Shown here piece after piece: positions 44,301 through 54,178 of a DNA stretch of 64,000 nt. The translations under genes were made by a program, and so were the position numbers. The notes beneath the pieces were generated by a model. That model did not search any database. It was not told where the DNA came from and saw nothing but the letters and a program-made list of their open reading frames with translations. Every line of letters begins with the position of its first letter. Within the stretch, counting starts at the first letter, position 1. The stretch spans positions 27,242,503-27,306,502 of the forward strand of contig CM120640.1 of assembly GCA_051362555.1 (NCBI GenBank), in the 5' to 3' direction. This DNA comes from Lingula anatina (lineage: Eukaryota > Animalia > Brachiopoda).

Positions 44301-46803
44301 GAGTGAAATTGGCTATTCACAATCATTATGATCTTTCATGAAAAAATTATTTTGCCTCTGTATTATATAACTTCTTTTGATATGTTATAATCAAATATAA
44401 AAGTAATAGATACAATTAATCTAATTTGTTATTGTGTAAATTTAAAAAGCATTTTTCTTGATGGCTATTATACACTGATTTTGTAAAAAAAATTAATATA
44501 TAATTCAGTACCCTCAGATGCAGAAATACCTGAAGAGACATTACTTAAGATGCCCTATATCAAGCAGTGTATCATGGAGGCCATCAGGCTGCGCTCGCCA
44601 GGTGTCATTACCCGCAAAGTTGTCAAACCCATTCCTATACGAGTACGTAGGTATTCCATATTAAGTGCCAGGTTGATTTTAGAAAGTTTTCAAAAGTAGA
44701 TATAGCAATATTTCAACAATTTGGAAAGAAAATATTGAAATTTTAATCAGGAAATTCTATATGGTGGGTCTAAGTAAAAGGGATTGCTGTTTTTGTAACT
44801 GAAATTATAGATCTTGAAGTGATTAAATGTTTTAAATAACTGGTATAATTAAAAATAGAACTGTTTTTCTCTTGTTAACATGTATGCAGATTGATGTGAA
44901 AAATAGAAAGAAGCTGATATATTTGCAGAATTACATCATCCCTGCTGGAGACCATATAATGCTGTCACCATACTGGGCTCATAGGAATACACAGTTTTTT
45001 CCAGAGCCAGAAAGATTTTATCCAGTGAGTATATGTATAACAAATATCCTAAGCTGAACAGAGAAAGCATTAGCAGTTGTTTTTTTCCTATTTTTAAACT
45101 TTGAAACTTAAAATTTTTGTTGGAAGTCTTATTATAAGAAAGTTATATATATTATATATGTTTTTTGTGATACTTGTAAGTTCTCCAGTTAATGTGCATG
45201 ATTTATTAAAACTGTATATTCAACTTGGTTGTTTTCATACATCAGCTTATAACAATAACCAGTCATATAAGGTTATTTATGTTCTAGATAAAAATACAAT
45301 AACTTTTGATAAATAATAAGGAGTATTTTATCAGGAACGTTGGGACAAAGCTGATTTAGAAAAGAATGTGTTCTTGGAAGGGTTTGTGGCATTTGGCGGG
45401 GGCAGATATCAATGTCCTGGGAGGTGAGTCCACACTCTGCAGGCAAATGAGAGAATTATAACAAAAACGTTGTAATAACCTGTTCACCTTCACCTGAACA
45501 GGTAATTCAGTTGTATCCAAGTCTGTCAGAGTGAACAGACAAAACGTTCAACAGGTAAATCAAATAACTGGATCTATCGTAAATAAAATTATTTTGACTA
45601 TCAAAATTGAGATCCAATGAAACTACTTTCACATTGTAGTTTTATAGTTTTGTCGGTTCAAAAACACACTTGATGAATACATAAAGTGCAAAACAATTAT
45701 ATCCAACACAAAAACTTATTCTGCTTTCCAGTGTAATGAAATAATCAAGATCTTTTTTTTTTGTAATATAGATATGTGTTAAGAGTAGCTTCCAGTAAAT
45801 AAAGGCAATTAAGACTTTTTTTGGGAGGGAGTTTCCAGGATTTTTGGCAATTTTCTGTTTTCATCTCTGTATTTATTATATCAGGAAATGCGCTTTCTGT
45901 GAAAATGTGATATTTATGCTTATCTCTAAATATGTCTTTATTTTTAAGACAGGCATGAAATTATTCATTTGCATGTGTAACTTGTTTATGCCATCTACAT
46001 TTATATACGTTAGATCTGTGTTTATTAAACTTTTATTTGCATTTCAGGTGGTTTGCTTTAATGGAAATCCATATGTTTATTGCTCTGTTATTACACAAGT
46101 TTGACATGAAACTCGTCAGCAATGTACCAAACCTAGTATGTATTATGTTGCATTTAGTTTGATGAATCCAAATGAAAAAAATTAAGTTTAAACAGAAGAA
46201 GTGTTATGAAGACATAAAAAAGACATTCTTGTCTAAGATATCTGTTTAACACCTGACCTGGCTTGACTGTGCATATTTTACATATATACATAGGTAAAAG
46301 TTTTAAGGATTATGCCTGATTTTAGGATTTCAGTCTTTTTTTTTTACATATGGTTTTAATGTGATGAGAAACTGTGTGCTATGCTTTCAGGGTTTTCATT
46401 TTTCGAAAACTTTCACCCATGTATATAGTAGATTCTTATTTGTTAATGAAAAGTAGAACCTCAGGATGATAAAACAAAGAAGGGAATTTGGGACATATCA
46501 AAAGTACACTCATACAAGTAACTTTTATTATTAAACCATAAATTAAAATTAAGATTTTGGAATAAGTCAGCTATTTGAAATTTATACATAAGTACAATAA
46601 TGCACTTTATTTTTATGTATTGTTCCACAGATATCCTGCTACTTTTTATAATTTTTTTTTAGCTGGTCTTTCATTTAACACATACTACATTTACAAAACA
46701 GGAGTATTGATTGGAAACATTCTTTTTTTTCCAGAGTCCTCTTCATCTTGTTGGTACTCAGCAACCTGTAGGGAAATGCCTTGTAGATTACAAGATGTAT
46801 TAG
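41380..46803 (+). CDS. CYP39A1: Cytochrome P450, CYP39A1-like (clan 7, oxysterol 7-alpha-hydroxylase family), 12 exons, 469 aa
   Basis: Exons with GT/AG boundaries and continuous frame: 41380-41559, 41734-41869, 42129-42275, 42639-42736, 43108-43193, 43407-43596, 44102-44198, 44509-44642, 44929-45024, 45335-45423, 46048-46135, 46735-46803 (1410 nt including TAG). N-terminal membrane anchor then PPILKGWVPWLGCAVEFGKAPL; YDDEFEYGSQLPE; I-helix LLLMWASLANAIP; ExxR (EAIRLRSPG); PEPERFYPERW; heme motif FGGGRYQCPGRWFA; C-terminal SPLHLVGTQQP. These segments resemble vertebrate CYP39A1 as I recall it. Confidence 0.92.
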
Positions 46804-48097
46804 TGCTAGAATTGTTGGTGTCAGCTACCAATATATATATTTTTTAGTTAATGACACTCGAAATTAATTTTAGACTATGATTATTGTTTGTGATAGTTGA
46901 CTTAAGTAAGCGTTTTTAAAACAGTATGTAAGCACCTTTAATCATTGTTGGTCTGTGATATGCCACCATGCTCAAAACACAGGCACAGGGTTTTATCACT
47001 ATATATATATATATATTCCGAGGAGATTTTGGTTGTTTTGGTGATGAAACAAGGATTTGAAAAATTGTCGATGGACATATGGGGCAAAGTCTCCACATTG
47101 AACATTAAAAACGAGATATGCAGTATAACCACGAAAAATTAAGCACCAAACAAATGATCAGTGGAATAAATGAAACACGGGGAACGAAGGTTTTAAAAGA
47201 AAAAGACGAAGAAGCTTGGTATAGATGATATTCAGGTTCAGCCATTGATTTTAAGTCGGGCATACATTTTGGGTGAAAATTTTCTTAATAACGTTTATTT
47301 CTGAAGAGAGAAAAGGAGGCAATTCGCAATATACGCTCTTCTCGTGAAAACGCGGTGGGTGAAAGATAGGCGGTGCTTGGTGATTTAGACTTTGACTATT
47401 GCATATTCGGGGGTTAAATGTTAGTTTTGAAGTATTTAAACGTGCGTACTCGTTAAGAAAGAGGAACATTAATATCAAAATAGGAGCACACTAACTTGAC
47501 GAAGGAGCGTAAAAATTGTCGGACCAATCTGACCGAACCCCCGTGTACCGGGTGTCTAATATAAATAGGAGATAATTGCCATTGTATCGATAATGTGTCT
47601 AAATATCGTTTTATCGCATTATCTACCGATAATTACCGTCTACATTGCGAAGAGCATTCAGATCAAAGTTTATGATATAATACTCTTGTAACATGGACTT
47701 CTTAGAATGAAATCCTTGTCCTTGTTGATGTTGCATTATGCAAAATGTTCAAATATTTGCAGGTATCATTTATACCGTCCTGGTGAAAATTTTTTGATTG
47801 TCTTATAAATTTTTTGTCATATCTTATGCTTTGTGTTTCATATTATTTGCTGCTCTACTTGAAGATGTTTTTAGTTTAAAAATAAAACTGCATCCGTGAC
47901 AACGAACGTATATACATGTACTATTCACTGCAAAATCATTCATCGATGTGACCAATGTTTCTAAGAAACGCCCAAACACATACGGTACATGTTGTGGTTT
48001 GAAACATTAAACGATAATATTGAATCATTTTCATGTTATTACATAGTAGGGTTTCTATTACACTTTGGGTTCTGTTTCACTCAAATTTTCTGCAGTC

Positions 48098-49051
48098 TTA
48101 ATTTTCCGTCTGAATGTTTCGTCCTTTTTGTTTAGGCGCCTTGACTGGTGGCAATTGGATTTTTGGATCCTTTGGGTCCTGGTTTCGAGAAGGGGCAACC
48201 GCTGTTTTGCTTCGGTGTTGATATTCTCTTAGTTGCCATAATTTCTTCTCTTCTAACTCTTCTCTGGATTTTTTGTAAGACTCCGCTGACTTTTGTTGTC
48301 CTGTTTTCATTATAAGTCGCTGCGACTTCATACTTTTCACATTTGGCACGGTTTGACCGGTCCATGACTGAGACACCTGCTGTTTTGTTGCTTTGTGCAA
48401 GGGCGGGATACTCTCCAATGGAAACTTGACATTACCATCTATGGGCAGTTTATCCAGGTCACCAGTTGATGTAGAACGCAGAAACGGTAGCTTTGTTCTG
48501 CCGGGCTCGTTAATGCTCAAGAAATGGCGTGGCTCTTCTCCAGACGACACCAATTGTGGGGATTTAGTGTAATGATGCCACTGACTGAGCGGTTTGCTCT
48601 CTGTACGTATGTCCAATGCAGATGGAGTCTTGTATAAGACTTCCCTGGCATCTGCTCTCTTCAGCAATAGTTTCCCACAGCTAGGATTTTGCATGTGCTG
48701 CGTTGGGGAAACATTCAGTAGATTACCGGTACTTTTGGACCGAGATATACCAGTCTGCCTATCTTCATTGGTTTGGTCGCATGTCTGAATTTTTATGACA
48801 GGACAGTTTTTAACGCCAGAGTCTTCAACTTTGTCGTCATTTTGCTCCTTACTTCCACTATGTGATTTGTTTCGTTGTTCTCCGCCAGCTTTTCTTGGTA
48901 GCTCACCATCTCGGGGTTTTGGAATGCTTAACTGTTTGCCTCTTTGGGAAACCCTTTCCAGTTTGTGATTGGCTTTCATTTCTTGTGTTTTTTTAATCGT
49001 ACTTGTATTTAGGTCTTGTGTCTTTCGAGCTGCAGCCGTAGTATTAGCCAT
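48098..49051 (-). CDS. Uncharacterised 317-aa K/Q/S/T/P-rich, probably disordered protein; single ORF
   Basis: 954-nt ORF in AT-rich DNA where chance ORFs are under about 140 aa; ATG in strong context (ataccATGg); no recognisable globular domain. Confidence 0.7.
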   Translation of the reverse strand: MANTTAAARKTQDLNTSTIKKTQEMKANHKLERVSQRGKQLSIPKPRDGELPRKAGGEQRNKSHSGSKEQNDDKVEDSGVKNCPVIKIQTCDQTNEDRQTGISRSKSTGNLLNVSPTQHMQNPSCGKLLLKRADAREVLYKTPSALDIRTESKPLSQWHHYTKSPQLVSSGEEPRHFLSINEPGRTKLPFLRSTSTGDLDKLPIDGNVKFPLESIPPLHKATKQQVSQSWTGQTVPNVKSMKSQRLIMKTGQQKSAESYKKSREELEEKKLWQLREYQHRSKTAVAPSRNQDPKDPKIQLPPVKAPKQKGRNIQTEN

Positions 49052-51145
49052 GGTATTATCCCGTGGTATTGTCGCGTTTTTCCACTATATTTTGCAATGT
49101 TACTGTGATCTTCATTAATATAGCAGACCGAAAAAGAAGAATTGCGTGACAGTCTTAATATCATAGCGCATTCTGACGTCTGCCAATGGAGCTCGTGCCT
49201 AAATTACTTCTATTGATTGATATCATCGTCTGAGAATCTTCTGGATGGTCGTTAGAAGATTAACAATCAGACTCATACGTAACTAAAGCCATTTCATCAT
49301 ATCGGCTATTAAATGTAGATATAAAGTTCCAGTGTATCCATAATAATACATTTTATGCTTTTGATATTTTTGGCTGTTTAACCTAGAATTTCAAAGCATA
49401 TGGATATTTATCTACAACTTGGCGGCCATTATTGGACATATAGCATTACAGTAGGTCTTTCCAATGCAGTATGTCGGTAAATGACGGATCGAATAAGGTG
49501 TCGATGCTCGGGGTGTCCCGCTGGGCTAAACTGATTCACAGCCGTGAACTTTATTCCAAATATATTAGTTATTTATCTTTTTTTTATTCTATGTCAACAC
49601 GTTATTTCATCATTTGTGCATAGTTTCTGAATGATTCTTGGTGTCTGAGGCCGATTTTGATCTGATAATATATCGAGGGATCGTTCAAAGAAGTAAAATG
49701 TTCCCCTGTGTATGACGCCTACTTTTAGTAGCTCATAAGACAGACTCACTTATTGGTAAGGTGTACTTTGATGGGTCCAAACAAAGAGATTCGGGTTAAA
49801 AGAACACGTTAAAACAAAACAATGGTACTGTTTCGAATTTCGATATGATTGAATTTGATGTGACGCATCACCTTTCAAACCTTTTAATAATATGATGAAT
49901 AAATATAGGTCACATAAAACTCAAAATATCTTTCGAATTTCTTACGTTTTAATTATAAAACACAACAATACATACACGAACTTCTGTCATGGGATTACTG
50001 CAGGAACAACAACATTTACACCAGACTTTTGTAATTAAAATTTGGATTAATCATCACATTTCGCTATAACTATCATTTATTACCAGCAGGTCAGGGATTT
50101 GTACCTCTGTCAAATATGAATTTTGGTTATTCGACAGAATTATTTGATGGTGAGAAAATTTGGTTAAAATCGAACTCTTCTTACACAGAACGAAGACATG
50201 TAAAACACATTCAGGCACGTGTTCTAGTGTAACAGTAACATTGAACATTTATATTAGTTTTCGTGTCTAAGGTAGACCTATTTAAATAAAATAGCTCTAA
50301 CTTTTCTTTGTAAACATACCACCTATCACATGTAAACATTGATTTTCATAACAGACGTTTTCAGCACAAGTCGAGGCACTTGAATGCCTATGCTTAGCAG
50401 GTACCTGATAATCTACAGTGTACACCTTATACAAACATGTTGTAAGTCCTATAAGGCTTATATACAACTTATGTTCAGCCAAATGCCTGAAACGCAATTG
50501 ATTGGCGGAGAATGTCATGTTCTTTTTATCTAATACAATTAGTATTTTACCTGCTTTCAAGAAACAACACTACTAACGTAAACTATGTCGTTAAGCGAAA
50601 ACTTGCTTTTCGTGACATAGATAGTATATACATTTCATACAATTCTGTATTATTAAAGTACTATGGATAGGAACCAATCTGCAATATTTAACATACAGGA
50701 GCAACATTTCTATCACTCCATCCTCACTCCTTTCAAACTGATCGTTAAAACTTTGGCAAATTCCTAAAACTAGTCTCATTCTGGTCATCCAGAATTTATT
50801 GCTGTCAGATGGAGTAACTGCCGTTAGTTCCGAGAAGGATGCATCTAACTAGCGGTCTTACAGTTTGAGCACCTAGCCACTTTGTCGGCCCTCTTGTACT
50901 CCTTAAATTGTAAGTAAATGTGCAGAGAAAAAAAAGGGGCGATCTTTGGTTTTCGACATTTTGGACACCACTGGTTTCCCACTGATTCTCGTCTTTGAAA
51001 AGGAAATTGTTTAGACATACACAACCAACACGTCATTTGAAAAGAAAGACAATAATCTGCAAAGCATTATGTATAATACCGAAGTTTTAATAGGGAAAAA
51101 TTGAGCCTTTTTGAGGAAGAATTCTTTTTTTGTCCATTGGTGTGA

Positions 51146-52792
51146 TTACAAGTAGTGAGTCGCTGGCGCAGAACATATGGCTTCTTTTTCACTTACTGGA
51201 GGCTTTTCTTTTGCCTCGATCATTGCAAGCAAACGCTGTAATAGAGTATTGTAAATATTTAAAAAAAAAGACATATCGAAAAAAAAGGTTATCAACCCAC
51301 GATACAATTTGTAATGTTTACTAAAACACATTGTAATAAAACCCCTTTGAACAAATTATTTAAAAAACGTAAACCTAATGAAATTTCGCGTGTTAAATCA
51401 ACACAAAAATATTATGAAATTTTACCATCAATGAAGAATAATTCATATATACCTGTTTCAGCCCTCCTTTAGACGTAAGCAACAGGTATACGACGTAGGT
51501 TGGTATCGGGATCAGAGACGATAACGTGATCATCCAGCCTATAGCAATAGCCCAGCCAGGGAAAGGTTCGTCGTGGGTGTAAACAGGCGGTTTGTACCCC
51601 ACGATGGAAAGAATGAAGAGGGTCTGGAAAAGACGGGATCTATTCTGAATTACAGTGACCGATTGACCATTGCTTAAAATTGATTTCGGAAGCAAGCATT
51701 TGCACAATGTTATCTTTGGCGTTGTCCGTAATATCGATCCTCTAAGCCCGTGCTGGCAAGCCCCGTAGCCAAAGGTTTTTGAAAAAACAAAACAAAACAA
51801 AAAAAAAAAACGAAGAAGCCCTGTAAAACCTTGTAAAGGGTGTCCTAGTCACTTTCCTGGGACCAGCCTTATTCGTTAATTACTGCTAGTTAAAAATCGA
51901 GGAGCATGACCTATCTGCCTCAACTTGGCTACGATACTGCCACAGATGGTATATGTGCAAAGCATCATTTGTCAGGTCGGTAGCTGACTAACAAGCAAGA
52001 ATAGCATTTCTGGTTATATACTAGACTTGTTGTCATAGACTGGGTTCCCATACTTAGATCGATCCGTCTGGATCGACCTAACTCCCTGGGGGTTCACGCT
52101 AAATTGCTATCAGCTCTAGAGGTTTAAATGTCTGTCACGCCTACCGAATCAGCTAGGGGTAAGATAATTACCACCTAACAGTTTTACTAGACGTGACAGA
52201 CGTTTAAGCCGGTTAGTTTGATAGCAATTTAGTGAGACTCCCCAGGGAAATAGATCGATCCAAATATCTGTGGCAATGGTCCCATAAACGCCACAAAAAA
52301 TACATATACTTATATGACTAATAGCCACACCTACCAGCAGGAATACGGGACTGATAGCCACCCAGCAAATTTTCCAATATATACCAGGTTGAAATCCCAG
52401 CATCGTTTCTATATCACCACTGAAACGATTCACCCCTGAAATACAAGATAGAAGGACTTATTGAAAGTCGCCTTTTAATTAATTTTTGGGCGTAGCAACT
52501 CTTATATAATCTTTTGTTTCTCTATATCATATGAAGGTTAGACAGATATCTATGTATGAATCTTTCTGATGATATTACATAGGTACTTGTAAATTAACAA
52601 TTCGACTTTATATAATAATCCCATTGACTTAATAATGAAACGACCGAGCCCGTTTCAACTTTGCATGTTTTGATACCGTACGTAGCACTTACCGTAAAAC
52701 CAGTTCACCGCAATAGCTTCAATGAAAACGATGAAGAGAATTGAGATGGGGACACCATGTGAGTCTAGTAATACGAACACGTTATATCCGCC
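51146..52792 (-). CDS. SLC6A4: SERT 3' exon block 2: duplicated TM10, TM11, TM12 and C-tail exons, intact, likely alternative 3' end of the same gene
   Basis: 52693-52792 (100 nt, [33 protein letters not shown]), 52335-52435 (101 nt, [34 protein letters not shown]), 51453-51623 (171 nt, [16 protein letters not shown]...SKGGLKQ), 51146-51235 (90 nt, [29 protein letters not shown]); canonical splice sites, no stops or frameshifts. Confidence 0.88.
52069..52262. repeat. Long imperfect inverted repeat (fold-back; possibly a decayed MITE)
   Basis: 52069-52143 matches the reverse complement of 52188-52262 at 58 of 75 positions without gaps (hand count); the 44-nt spacer has a further short stem (taggggtaa / ttaccaccta). 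Confidence 0.85.
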
Positions 52793-53689
52793 CTAGCCGA
52801 AAGCAGCGGTGAAAAAGATAAAAAAGGTCTATCGTCAAAACAAATAGTATAATCGGTACGGTTGCCTTGCTTCAGATGTGAAGAAACCGTGCGTGTTTTT
52901 AACATTCTCTTACACACATGAGTGTCAGAAGAAAATGAAAGTATAGGGTACACCAGGCAGAGAGGGAATTATACGGGACACATGCTGTGCAAGCCACCAC
53001 AAATATTTATTTTTCATACTTTCACCACAAACGACAGAAATTAAAGTAGAATTATGAAATTGTGAACATATGAGACCTTTCGGCTTGAGAGGTTTGATTT
53101 TGTTTCCTTTATCCAATCAAAAGGGGACAAGTTGGACACGATGAACCGAGCGAATAATAGGGCCTATGTATCAACTTTGTGTTAAACTTTACACATAAAA
53201 TGGAAAAATACATTTATTTGATTGAATCAATATAAATCAAAGTCTGGATAAAGGTACCATAAAAATTAAAATAGAAATACGACTCCTTTTCACGTTTACT
53301 GACCAGTTCAACTTTCCTGCGCCTAGCTATAGATTCCATTTGAATGTCTCTTCTGCTGTGAAAACTCTGGTCCATTGGCTAACATTGGTAAATAACTAAA
53401 TACCGTTTATTAATTAGGTCAAATAAAAAAAGCTATTTTATATCATACGAACACATTTTCCTATATTTATACACAAGTGCACTGGTTTAATACTTTGACA
53501 AATACAAAGTTAATTAAAAACATTACTAGTTTCTAGATAATACTTGCTTAGCAAGATAATAATTATAATCTAAAGGAAAATAAATACACGAAGATAATGA
53601 CAATACTTAACCTTTGTCTATACGTATATTAAATACATCTATACATCTTTTTACATAACGTTAAACTAATGTATCACTAACACCAGGAT

Positions 53690-53885
53690 ATTTAGTTGAA
53701 CGTTTTTACGCCAAAAGGTAACCTTCGTCTTCAAGAACATCTTTACTTTCTGTAGGCTTATAATACGATCTTTAGAGACCCCTACCGCCATTTTTTCTAT
53801 AATTTTACAAAGACATGACCGATATCGAACACGGACTGCATTGCAATATCTTAACGATTGCCTTTACACCCTGGCCAGGCCTCTG
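53690..53885 (-). mobile_element. Possible degenerate tRNA-derived SINE fragment
   Basis: On the - strand an A-box-like tggccagggtgtaaaggc is followed about 25 nt later by a B-box-like gtgttcgatatc, and the stretch ends ggcgtaaaaacgttcaactaaata. Single copy in the window; weak. Confidence 0.2.
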
Positions 53886-54178
53886 CAGCTAAGGGATGTA
53901 CAGTAATCTTAGGGTACACATTTTACACTTTTTTCGTACTCTATATTAACAATCACTACTTTGTATATATAGTGGAATGCTTATTACATATTAAATGAAA
54001 CTGAAATACACAACATTCCAAGCGTTGACTACGTGATTTTTTTAATTAATCAAAGCACATCTTAAGTTATGCACCAGGCATACTTGTACTACAAGCGGTT
54101 CAGAATATTGTGTAATTCCCCCTTTTCTGTCCTTTATAAGCTACAGCAGAGCACATTCATCTTTATTGTCGAAGTCAT

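Noticed and set aside
51146-52792. Block 2 as a separate SERT paralogue, pseudogene or haplotype assembly artefact
   Set aside because: No upstream TM exons of its own, no disabling mutations, and far too diverged in introns and synonymous sites to be an allelic duplicate.
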